The notes under the pieces are model-generated. The model did not search any database. It saw nothing but the letters and a program-made list of their open reading frames with translations, and was not told the DNA's origin. A stretch of DNA of 64,000 nucleotides, taken from NCBI GenBank assembly GCA_002633005.1, contig NMRA01000417.1:324158-388157 (forward strand). Direction: 5' to 3'. Of this stretch, positions 1 through 12,700 are shown piece by piece; within the stretch, counting starts at the first letter, position 1, and the number at the start of each line of letters is the position of its first letter. Source of the stretch: Phoronis australis. Lineage: Eukaryota > Animalia > Phoronida. Both the position numbers and the translations under genes were made by a program.

Positions 1-398
1 ATATGCACTAACTTATGTATTTGTGTTAGCATGATAATTCAACATGCGTAAAAGGGACCATAAAGGATGCACTGAATTACCCAATACGACGCACAGTTGG
101 CAACTCGCATGAGATGCACATACATGTTATCAGAACTGACTCCTCTGCGTGACCGTTCCTAATTGCCCTTACAAAATTGGCTTTTATAAATTTACTCTCG
201 TACTCGCTAAGCAAAATAACATGTGTTACAGAACAGCCAATAGAATGCAACAGGACATTGCTCTTGCATTTTGCAAATTGCAAATTGCTATTGAAACATT
301 TTATAGAAATAATGTAACCGATCCCTGAATGTTCTGCTAGAATGAGGATGGGGCAGAGTCTAAACGCTGAAACTTCGTGATGCAATTCAAGATCACCA

Positions 399-721
399 TT
401 AGTATCGCTGGGACGGTCGCAATTCTACGCCGTTGTGTGGCGGCGGTGTATAAGGATTTCTCAAGTAGTTGTCGTATTGTTGCTTGATAGGCCTGCGACT
501 CTGGTGGGAAGCCTCGGATGGTGGTGGTGCTGTTGTCCTTTCACGGCAGCAATTGTTGTTGGCGACACAGCAGCAACAGATGAGTATGGCAATGATGAGG
601 TTTACGAGGAACAAAGCAGACAACACGCCAAAGACAATTAGCATGAGGCTTTCCGGTTGCTTACCATCGCACGTTTTGCCATTGCGATTTACAGTGAAGG
701 CTTTGGCCTTTCTTCTGTTCT
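399..721 (-). CDS. ZP gene last exon: juxtamembrane segment, TM helix, Cys cluster, cytoplasmic tail
   Basis: Acceptor ctgtttcag, phase 1; (E)NRRKAKAF...LMLIVFGVLSALFLVNLIIAILICCCCVANNNCC...SQRY*. Confidence 0.85.
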
Positions 722-3700
722 CTGAAACAGTACGGTGTATTTATAATACCCTTGTTCATTTGCCTGTAGACTCTGTAGACCCTAACTGAAAGCTATTGGT
801 TACAATAAGAATAACACGGCACAAAGGTTAACGGTTGCAATTTTAGTCTTGTCAAAAATACAACATCTGCAGTGACGTAAACAATATAAGTGAAACTTAA
901 ATGAGATGAAAATTTACAGACGTAAGGGAGTTGCATGATTTGATTCTTTTATTTATTTTATTTACTTTGAGTCACTGTCATCAGGAAAAAAGGATGAGGA
1001 AACCAGTAAGCATCTTCTGTAAATTGAAGTCTTCGTAATTGTGGTCGAGTACAGCCACGTGAGTAGAAATTATTGGTCAAATGTACACTTAGTACAAACC
1101 ATAGACATCATAATAGTATATAGTATTAAGATGTCTATGATATAAACACTTAAACACTTCAGGGGAGGAGGCATTGTGGCCTAGTGTGATAGATGCCCGC
1201 CTTTTTTACTCGAAGTCGTGGGTTCGAGTTCCTCTGGGCCAAACTGCTAGACCTTTGAGTCAGGTTTCTAGCTCCTCTGCTCGGTTTTAACTATATATTA
1301 ATAAAGCACAAAAATAGTTCCAGGTGATCAGTGCAATGGGTCCACATACGCGGCTTGCGCACGTCTGGTACAACGTGTGCCAGACCACCTGCAATTATCT
1401 TTTTAAAATACTTCAGTCTGTTCAAGATAGAATAACTCGTTCTCTGAACCACCCCCTGATAATGTCAACTCATCAGCAGCTGTACGCAGTAACTGTACAT
1501 TGTGGGCAGTAGACTCTCACAGCAGATCATTTAAGGAGTATACAACTTAGGTCGTACCCAGTTGTCTTTTGGAGAGCACTTCAATTGTAGTCCCCGTATT
1601 CGTGTTAGAGTTTGTCTGTCGTTTTTCCCGTGTATGTCCACAGGTAGCCTAGAATTAAGAAAATGTTGTCTACACAGAAGTTTCCATCTTTTACGGTTCT
1701 AATTACACTTTATCACATGAACTGTTATGTGTTGCGACACGACTGGGTGGTAACACCAAGTCCGTATTTTTTATATTACATGGGCGAATCACAAAGTAGT
1801 GCAACTTAGACATCCTCACGCCGTACATTTTATCGTCTGCAAAATACTAAAACTACCAAATGCGCGCCAACCAAACAATGCTGGAATTCCGACAAGGTGA
1901 CAAGATTATAATTGACAAATTGGGTGTCCCAACTGTACATACTCCCAGTCGGACGGACACACAAACAACTTCTTAAACGGACTCATCTTCGGCGGCGAAT
2001 TCCACATCCTCGTTCATTCAAACGGAGACGAGCCCCAACTCAAGAAACGCGGCGAGACTGTCTAGCTGTGCTGTCTCAAGGTCAATTCAGTGCTTACGCG
2101 CGGGGAAGCCGTGCTGACTCTTATTCGTATCCATTTTTTAAATTTTAATATTACAGCTTCAACGACTATTTATTAGATTCTAACTTGACTATTTGCTACG
2201 ACAGCTGAATGCAATTTACAATTGTTAAGCTTGAAATAAAACTATTACCAAAGAGTAACTGAATTAACTTAAATTGCGCAAGCGTGTAAAAACAAATGTC
2301 TCGGGATTTTGACGAAATTTCCGAGAGGTTTTGCCCATGTCATAAACCTGAGACTTGTGTAGGATTCTCTATGTGGGTGATATCACAAAAATACGAAAAC
2401 GGATGAGTGACTTTCCTCTCAAGTCGTAGAAGAGAAATGAAGATATTTCGAGGAATGAGAACGTGCATGTAACTGAGTTACGAAAAAAGAAAAATGTCCT
2501 GGAAAAGAAATCTAAAGATTATATTCCCCAAATAGTTTAGTTTTAGTCTTTCAACATCGTCAGTGCGATATTAGATAGACGAATATAGATCCACATAAAA
2601 CACGGGAAATGACAAGTGTCAAAATGAAGAACGTTTGTGGGAAATAGGCGACAATTACTTTTTGAAAGACAACACATCTATACAAGTGTTGCTCATCGTG
2701 TATAATCTGTCAGAGGCCATGTGAAAATACAAAACGTCTGGACATTATAGAACAATGAATACATCTTGTCAGAGAAAGCCTTGAGATGCTTTTGTTTCAT
2801 TCTAGCATACGCTTAAGCAAATTACATTTTTGACCAAGAATTAGACAATGGTCACAGCCTTCGCTAGTAGAAAACAAGTTGCAGTACAGCTTTAAGTATA
2901 AAATATAACGTTTACAGAAAAAATATCATCGCAATTGATTTAATATTATGTGTGGTTAATTGTCAGCTGGTTTCAACAATAACTGTTATACCTTTTTGCA
3001 CTTGACCTCATCGTCGTCTTTACAAAAAGCTATATTGCACATGTAGGTGATGAAGGCGGAATCCGTGTTGAATCCCAGACATTGGAATGGTGGTGTACTT
3101 GAAGTGTAAAACGTGTCGCTGTTGTGGAGATCGGAAACTTGATATTCGTAAGTAGACTTAGCTTTCAGGTTCATTTCCAGCGGTACGTCTTGTATGGAGC
3201 AGCTGCAAATGTGACCCATATGGAGGCTCATCATCGGACGAAAATTAAAAGTCGTCACAAACATCAAATCTTATTCGTTTATCTACTTCCACCTATTAGT
3301 CTAACAAGTTTTTCTCTCAACACGCGTAATAACGTAGTCTGTGAGCCTAGCAAAACTTTCATGTTAAATGAAGTTCAAAACCATTACTACACATCAGTCC
3401 TAAACCAGATAGCCATTTCTGAGTACGTCTAGAAGAGGACGTAACAACTTTAAAGTTTCATACCTCTCTGGGAAAAGTTCGAACGACCCTTCACTTGTGT
3501 CGTGAGCAGAGCAAGAAATTGCACGCACTTGTTGGGCAGCTAAAATGTACGAAGGTCACACAACAAACTTGAATATTTCAAATAGAGAGACAACTGAAGT
3601 GCATTTACAATCAACATTTATTGCAATAAATCGCGTCTAAAATTTACCCGGCGCCCACATGGTACATGATAGGATCATATAAGATGAAGATTTAAACGAC

Positions 3701-6700
3701 TAGTCGTACAGAATCACCAGTTGAAACGTACTCAGTAGCTGGCCATCTGCAGCCGGTTCAGCTTAATGAGTTCACCAAAATTGCCCCTTCAATGTTTCAT
3801 AATTTCAAAGCTTGCATTTTTCACTTATTTCAGGGCTCCGTCGCTCATGGACATGGGCGGCGCATAATATATGGGGCTGGGTGGCCAGTGCTGTGCCGCT
3901 CATGACGTCTCACCATCTTGATATTACAAAATGTGTGTTATACTGAACAGTTTTGTGTGACATCATGAACAGTAATTTAAGCCACGCTTGGCTAGATGTA
4001 AAAATGAATTCGATCGCATTTGTGTTATGATTTCAAAAGAAGTCTGAAAAGTTTTATTTCGATGCTATTTCATGTGCGAGACTAGTTTAAAATTGCCAGT
4101 GTTGTTAAGTATAAGAAATGGCAGAAAATCTTGAAACTTGACGCCGCGTTTTATGCCGAGTTGAACTATATAGGATAGGTGATCAATTAAATGTTTCAGT
4201 ATAGGGCCCGGCAGCCGGCTTCGAAATGCGCAAAAGGTGAAGTTAGCTAACTGCCAGCTAGGAGACAGAAATAGTCACAGTACCATCTTTAACTTACTTA
4301 TAGACTTCTTTAGCGTCACTCTCAGTCTCACATCTTGTCCAATGGAACATTGGTTCATCTTGTTACCGTACATGTCTGTTAACTCTAGTTCAACGTCCTC
4401 TGGTAGATTCATGGCAGACAGTTTGTCCAACATTCTATAAAACATCATGTACAGGCTGTAGTGGAAATCGGGCTGCGTTACGTAGACGTAATAACCTTAC
4501 GAAAACGAAAGATCACGAAAGACTTCGCCAGTATCCGTTGTACATTGAAAATGAAGCACGTGGTCACACTTGCTTTTTACTCTTAAATGTACGAAACGCA
4601 TACCCTGCACTGCCTTTTTNTAAGTATAAGAAATGGCAGAAAATCTTGAAACTTGACGCCGCGTTTTATGCCGAGTTGAACTATATAGGATAGGTGATCA
4701 ATTAAATGTAGGGCCCGGCAGCCGGCTTCGAAATGCGCAAAAGGTGAAGTTAGCTAACTGCCAGCTAGGAGACAGAAATAGTCACAGTACCATCTTTAAC
4801 TTACTTATAGACTTCTTTAGCGTCACTCTCAGTCTCACATCTTGTCCAATTGAACATTGGTTCATCTTGTTACCGTACATGTCTGTTAACTCTAGTTCAA
4901 CGTCCTCTGGTAGATTCATGGCAGACAGTTTGTCCAACATTCTATAAAACATCATGTACAGGCTGTAGTGGAAATCGGGCTGCGTTACGTAGACGTAATA
5001 ACCTTACGAAAACGAAAGATCACGAAAGACTTCGCCAGTATCCGTTGTACATTGAAAATGAAGCACGTGGTCACACTTGCTTTTTACTCTTAAATGTACG
5101 AAACGCATACCCTGCACTGCCTTTTTTGCATTGATAGTATAATAAACTATGTATATCAACGGATGCTAACTAAGAATTAGTTCCTTAATCTAAAGACAGC
5201 AACGTGAAACAATGAAATGCGCCCACAGTGTGCTTCTAGAGGTATTTATTTGTATCATAAAATGGCCATTCGATGACTCAGGCACATTTTCGCAAGTCAT
5301 GTTGGAAACTGTCGAGGTTCATGACCGTGGATATATTTCCGATTTTAACAGTTTGAAAGTACGGGGATTGAAAGATATTTTCAAGAAAGGGGACTATTTC
5401 GGTTCAAAATTAACCCGGCAAACTTACTTTATCCACTCGCTCCGCATTTTCTTGTTTTTGATTGATGTCGGGAGGGCGACTCCACTTCACGTAACCACGG
5501 AGATTTACCTAGGTTGCCAACTTTCGCCCATCGAAGTTTCAGCCCGCTGCACAGCGAAAGCATTTTGTTTGCATTGGAAGAACGAATAGATTAATGCAGC
5601 CGAAAAAACAACGAAGAACAATGGAATTCCAATGACACTGAAACCTCCGAGGCAACAAAAGTGTTTGACAGATATTTCGGGATGATGGGTAAATATAAAA
5701 TTCGAGAGGCGCTGTGTAATCTCGGGCGGCCCTATTTGGTCCTCTGTATTCATCCGTCTCTCGTGAGTTCAAAAGACACCGTGAAGGTAGGGTGGGACGT
5801 GTATTAAAGATGACTTACCCGCCGACGGTTCTGTATTCGCTGACAAATTCTTGCGTAGAATTTTTATTGAAATCGCACGAAGCAGTAAACACCAAATCGT
5901 CTGGCTGTACTTGGTCCCGCAGTTTAGTTGCAATAACTCTAACATGTAAATTATTGGTTTCTGACATCTGAAATTTAAAGCAAAATATTTACTAAAGAAA
6001 TTTTAATGGATGATTCTGCACAACGCCGCCCGAAAGTAAAGTAGATGATTTAGTCAACGGAATACGCATATAGCTTAAAATTTTCTCGATGCAATCGTGT
6101 AGTTCACCTAGTATAAAATGTTCTCGGAACATTTCAAAAATTGGGAAAAATATTTCGCCGTACAGTAACACATTTCAGAATGAAATGAACTTAAATTAGA
6201 CCAATTTGCGCTACTGGTTAAGCTCATTTTTCACACGTTTTGATATTTACCTCAGCCTGGCAGCCTTGACCTGTCTCTGTTTGACCAGAGACACCAACAT
6301 CAATTTGTAATTGAAGATGATCGGGAGAACTGGCAAAGCACTCACTGTAATGTCTGTTGTCCAAGAAAACTCTACTGTATGTTGATCCTATGGAAACAAG
6401 AGCTTCCATTGCTTTTAATCAACGAATAAATTTTGCACCAAGTTACGATATAAATCTTATTCACAAACTATGTAAGTTTTGCAAATAACCAATAAGAGCA
6501 AAGCGGAGCGTTGACATGCGTCCTCGACTACATTGCAAACGGTCTGCTTTTAGAGGTGGCACAGAATACATTGAGCTCATCCAAAAATGGAAAGGTTTCG
6601 TCGTCTCTCAAAACTATTGCCAAATTTCATGAAAATCCGTCAAAGGACCCCAAAGATACAAAGGCAACCGTAAAAACATGCATTAGGAACCACAGCGCTA

Positions 6701-9700
6701 GTCGAATCTGTCCATTTGCTGTCAAGTTAATAATAATACAGTTGCAAAATTTCAAAACCATCTTGCAAGAGGATTAGAAGATACAACCGTAGATACGAAA
6801 AAATGTCATTAAGGATAACACTGTAGTTGGACAGGTTTGAAAATCCCCGTCAGTCATGCTCTTGACAACAGGAACACATCTGTCAATTTCCATGATAATG
6901 ATTCTCAGTGTGGTTTGGCAGATACAGAAGGAGACTACAAAAACACACAAACAATAATTAAAATGGTAACTAGTTGGTGACGATTACGTCGAATCCACCA
7001 CAAAAAAGGAAAGGTGCTGTCATTTTCATTACGTTGTCAACTTGCGTAATTTACTAAGGATCTTGCACGAGGTTTAGGCGAAACAGCCGTAGGCGTAACA
7101 ACAAAACTGCAGAAGGTCCCAGGCTAGTCGAAATTGTCGGAAAATCATCGTCAGCCGACCTCTTCACAGTAGGAACATAAAAATGCCAATTTTCACAATC
7201 ATCCTTTGAGTGGTTTGGTTGATAGAGTAGCGGACTCCAACAAATATACTCGAAAACAGTGAAAATAGTCAGGTGTGCAAAATACCTCGAATCTTTCAGA
7301 AAACGGGAGGGTAGCGTCATGTCTATTTGCCAAATGTTATGAAAATCTGTTGAGGACCTTAGCAGATACTGAGGTAAACGAAAAATCTAAAATTGCCACT
7401 AGGGGCACACCGTTAGTCGGATCCGTCCGAAAGTTCGCTCATGCTGTCCCATTCATGAATGGATCATATGTGCAAAATTTCCTGAACATATATTTAAGAG
7501 TTTTGGAGATAGAGCATCGGACTTAGGACGGAGGGACGGACGGACGGCGGGCTCGGGGGGACGGAAAGACATACGGACGGACGACCGCATAATGCGTCCA
7601 CATATAAATATAGGGTGACATAAAATGAGTATAGATGACCAAAACGTTCCTTTGCAGTGCCGTTTACAACCATTAGCTCTGTGTGACAATAAAGATACTA
7701 GCATATGAGAGACTGATCTCAGAATGAAAGCGCTCCGAGGAGCGAAACTTGGCGAAATAAACAGAAAAGACGACGATAGAGATGTTGACGAAGATGAAGG
7801 ATATGACGACAATGGTGGCGATGATGAAAAATACAAGTAATGATAACATTCATACGACGAACGTAGAGGTCAGACATCAGTAAGAAATAGGCTATACAGT
7901 CTTCAGCGACATTTGGCGATATTAACTGAAAAAACGACGACAGAGATGATGACGAAGATGACGAATATGATGATGGAGGTGGCGATGATGAACAACATCA
8001 TAACATTCATATGACGAACTTAGATGTCATAAATCAGTAAGAAATAGGTTACAGTCTTGTTCAATAGAAGCTAAACCAACATCAATGCAGCAAGATCGCT
8101 CAACAAAGGAACAGCGCTATCAGAAAATCTCGAATAATACAAAAAGGAGACATCTTAACGAAAAATGTAAAATATCGTCTGAGTTGATAGTTTTGAAACA
8201 TTTCGTAAATTTTTCGAAAAAAAAGAAATTTTGCGGTTTTTTTGAAATTCAAAGTCAAATAACTCGAAAACGGTAAGTCTGAGAAAAAATTTGTTACAGT
8301 TCATTTGAAAGGATATACCTTGGAGAATCCACATGCAAAAATTCACGTCTTTTGTCTTCCTGTTTAAAATGGTACCCCAGCACGACTGAAAATAGGTCAA
8401 CATGCACCAGATCCGCTTTCTTGAAAGCAAATTCCGGTTTTTTAACATTGTTCGTCAAAAAAAAATAACGTTTGAAAATTTCGAAGCAATTTGTCCTATA
8501 ATGCCCCCTGTACAAGAGGGAATGTTTTTTTCCCGAAATCGAGGTGCACAGGCGCCATTGCCGATATTTCCGCCATCTTTAATGGGAAGTAAATGATTTG
8601 CGGCAGACTCGTGAAACATGTCATGAGCAATAACTGTACCGATTTTCAGTTGTTTACGTAAAAATATAGCCTCCAGGAGCATTTGAATCTTAAATTGAAA
8701 ACAAAGTGGCCGCCACATCCGCCATCTTGGATTCGCTTATGACCAAAAACAATAGGTTTTCAGTACTTTGGGACCTACATGTTGTGTTTAAATTTCGTGG
8801 GGATCGGACGAAAACTGCGACCTGTATCATGCGAACAAACAAAAAATGAAAGCACTCAGAGGAGCGAAACTTGACGAAATTAACCGAAAAGTCGGCGATA
8901 GGAATGATGACGAAGATGATGAATATGACGATGATCGTGGTGATGATGGACAATATATCATTCATATGACGAACGTAGAGGTCAGGAATAAGTAAAAAAT
9001 AGGCTACAGTCTTGAGTGTCACTTGGCAAAATTAACAGAAAAGACGACGATGACGAAGATGACGAATATAATGACGATGGTGATGATGATGAACAACATC
9101 ATAACATTCATATGACGAGCTTAGATGTCATAAATCAGTAAGAAATAGGCTACAGCAAGAGCGCTCAACAAATTAAAGGAACAGCACTATCAGAAAATCT
9201 CAAATAATGCGAAAAGTAGACGGCCTAGCGAAAAATGGAAATATCTTCTGAAAGCCCGTTTAAAACTCTATCTAATTTGACAGTATCGCAAACTTCCGTA
9301 AATTTTTCGAAAAAATTGAAATTTTGCGTTTTTTTCAAAGTCAAAGTCAAATAACTCGAAAACGGTAAGTAACAGGTCATTTGAAAGGCCAAAGCTTAGA
9401 AAATCCACATGTAAAAATTCACGTCATATTTTCTTCCCGTTTTAAATGGCACCCTAGCACGATTGAAAATGGGTCAAAATGCGTCAGAACCGCCATCTTG
9501 AAAGCAGCTTCCGGTTTTTCAACAACAGATAATAGCTTGTCAAAGAAATCTAATACCTGAAAAGTTTCGAAGCAATTGGTCATCTAATGCGCCCTCTACA
9601 GGAGAAAAGTTTTTTGCCCGAAATCGAGGACAGCTATTCTTTTATTGGAACTAAATGATTCTCAGCAAAAATGTTGAACATGTATGGTACAATGTACGTG

Positions 9701-12700
9701 ATTTTTAGCCGTGTACCTAAAAATTACGTCCTCTACTAGCGGTTGAATCTCAAAATTGAAAACAAAATGGCCGCCAGGTCCGCCATCCTGGATCCTATCA
9801 TGACGAAAAACAATAGGCTTCCAGGACTTCCGGAAATTGATGTTGTGTGTAAATGCGACATGTAAAGTGCGAACAAATTAAAAAAAAAACAAACTTGATG
9901 GCAAAGCAACATATTGACGTCAGAGCAACAATTTATGATGAAAATTCTTTCGCCAAGTAAAAAACTTTGTGACAGAGTAAATACTTACCGAAAATTTTTT
10001 TCGCCAAATAATAATTGTTCTGTAAATTAGTAATACACACGGCAGCGGTGAGGCCCTATGCGTAGCATTTTGGGCATATACCACCACACATTTGTGATAT
10101 TTAGTAGCCATAACGAACCTTCTTCGTGTTCTAACCAGAAAACCACAAATTCGTCGCCGTCAACATCGAGACTGGGATTGTGACACGAGTACTTGGCTTG
10201 AACTGAAAAGATTCTACGATACAGAACTTGTACACAAAGGGTGGGGAGCAGTGGCTGCTTACACTGAACAATTCTGTGTTATCGAGTTCTACGGTGATAT
10301 ATTTTCTATGATGTACAAGAGAACAATTGCTACATTAGCCAAAGTTCAAACGTTGACAAAATAATGTTAATTTTACAAACGAATGTAACAATGACGAAAA
10401 CTACAAATATAATAATATTAATGAGAATGACAGCAATAACTATATCGCTTACGAAAACAACAAGAATAACAATAACAATAATAACACCAGGCCACGTGGC
10501 GGCATGGAAATAACACAGCAACAAAATAAATTAGCTTAACTACTAGCACAACACAGTGACTGTTTTGCTTTTTTACTGTGTAACTGACATTGAGCTATGT
10601 GCTTTATTGGCGTTTGAGGCAGCTGGCTGAGTGCGTACCAGTTTGATTACGAGAACACAGTTCTCCAGCAAAGCAATGTAGTTGTAATTACTAAACTAAA
10701 TCCATCGATTATATCATGATTTCTGATTTTCACCCAAGTCATCATCAACACCTTACATTAGTTTAATTCATGATTAGTGCAAAGCATCGTTTTATACCAG
10801 TCTTGAAATTTCGTGAACATTCATAAAGAAACTTTGTAGGTATAGAGACATGCGCAGGGAAAGCATAAATTCCCACTAGGTGACGTCACGGTAGTTGAAT
10901 TCGTTTCATAATCACCGTCAAGCGTGCACTCATCAACTAGAACAAATATATCAAATTTCGAGGACCAATTAAGTGGTTGTATTGACAAAAAAGAATTTGC
11001 TGCAAGAGTAGTTGAACCTTTTCAAAAATCTTTATTACAGTGTTGTCGTGATTGTCTCAACGGTAAACGGTATTACTAAATTTAAGCCCTTTGCCAAACA
11101 CTGAAAAACACAGACGCTAAAAATAATAAAATGAGCATTAGACTGCGAATCATTCGAAAACGGGGACGCTCCGTAGTCTAAATAGAAACTCATTTTCAAA
11201 TTCATGAAAATCTTTTTACGAGCAGGGTACACAAAGAGGCATGGGCTAAGAAAAAATAATTTCCCACTAGGAGGTGCCTCGGTAGTTCGACCCGTCCGAA
11301 AATCAAAGTAATCGGTGCCCATCTCAGTAGGATCATATCTGTAAAAAATTATAATTATCCTTTTAGCGGTTTAACGCAAAAAAAAACAAACGCAAAAATA
11401 ATTAAAGTGGCCATTAAAGGGTGCTGATTATGTAGAATCCATCTGAAAATAAGGAAGTGTCATAGATTCCATAATAGAAACTCATATCTCAATTACAATC
11501 CGTCAAGCAACTCCGAACGCAGATATTGAGGTTCATGTAAGGCAGGTAATTACCACTAGGTGGCACAACGGATGTCGAATATTCGTGCAGTCCCATTTAC
11601 TATATCAATACTTTGCAAAATTTCACATTTATTAAGGGGTTTTGGAGGTCTAGCAGTGGACTGACGGGCGGATGGACGAACTGACATTACAAGGGATTTC
11701 CAGTAGCAGATGCATGTATAAAATCGTACGTAGGTATGCACAATGTATTTGGTCGTGGTTTCGCCACTCCCTTGTCCAAATCAATCGAAATTTTTGTAAT
11801 GGTTTTAGACTTGGTAGACTTCGTATGTTTTTACATTTTAATTTCAATTCATTAGGTTTTAGGATGGTAGAAGATGGTTATTTTGACTCTATTTTGGCCC
11901 ATTTTCAAGCAAACATCCATAGATGAGTCACCCTGTCATACATCTTTCTGACTTGGAAGTAAAAAAGAGGACCAATACGGGCTGGGTACATATTTCTAAT
12001 ACCCAATTTACATGTTGTTGGTATTGATAAACAATATACGCATGTGTACAATAAATAAAATTTAATTTTAATTAAATGTTTTATCGGGGAGTTGTTTCCT
12101 CCGTCCATCATTCTACAGTTGTTTGTTTGTGTATTTCGTCACTGTGATTTATTTTTTCACAGCTCTTTTACTTAATAGTTCTTTGTTTCATGCAGAGGGT
12201 TCACTGAACTTCACTAATTTGTCTGTACTCAGACGATCAAGTCGTGTTTCTGGTCCATCTTCAAAACTTGTCGGAAAATTGCTTTTCTGTACGGAAAACC
12301 TTACCGCGTGAAGTATAGGCCTCAAGATTTCTTTTTTCAATATCGGACCTAAAGATGCACAGGGTATTTCCATACGGATATGTCATAACAGTCCTCGGCG
12401 CACAGCAGTTCTTACATCCACCGAATCGGCAATTTTTGCAATGACCCCATTACTGTACCTCTGGTGACCTAATCAATTTCGGAATGGACGGAACTCGTTT
12501 CCAATTCCACCGCTTCGGTCTCTCGGGTGCAACTTTGCGCCTGGGACCCGAGTCGATCCAGCTCCACGTGGACATAACTGCCGACCTCTCTATTCAGTAC
12601 AAAGTTGGTCAAGTCAACGCAAAGTAAGGACTTCACAAGTAGACAACAAATGGCAAATAATATCAGTGAACGGCGTACGGTACATTAATTTTCAATCATG

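Noticed and set aside
719-724. Tandem-acceptor explanation for the phase mismatch at the last ZP exon
   Set aside because: Unnecessary once exon 1648-1558 was found, which restores phase with the canonical CAG.
1165-1245. tRNA gene
   Set aside because: A/B boxes are present but the stems do not pair into a cloverleaf; SINE remnant.
4298-4941. Apparent tandem duplicated (mutually exclusive) ZP exon 6
   Set aside because: The copies are near-identical, including introns, and are joined by a single N. Including both would frameshift. An allelic contig overlap explains it best, though read depth should confirm.
7453-9120. Asp-rich or hydrophobic ORFs from GATGAC tracts
   Set aside because: Low-complexity parts of a tandemly duplicated repeat inside the ZP intron, interrupted by stops.
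10638-10690. EGF-like fragment HCFAGELCSRNQT on the minus strand upstream of ZP-N
   Set aside because: In-frame stop just upstream and no usable acceptor.
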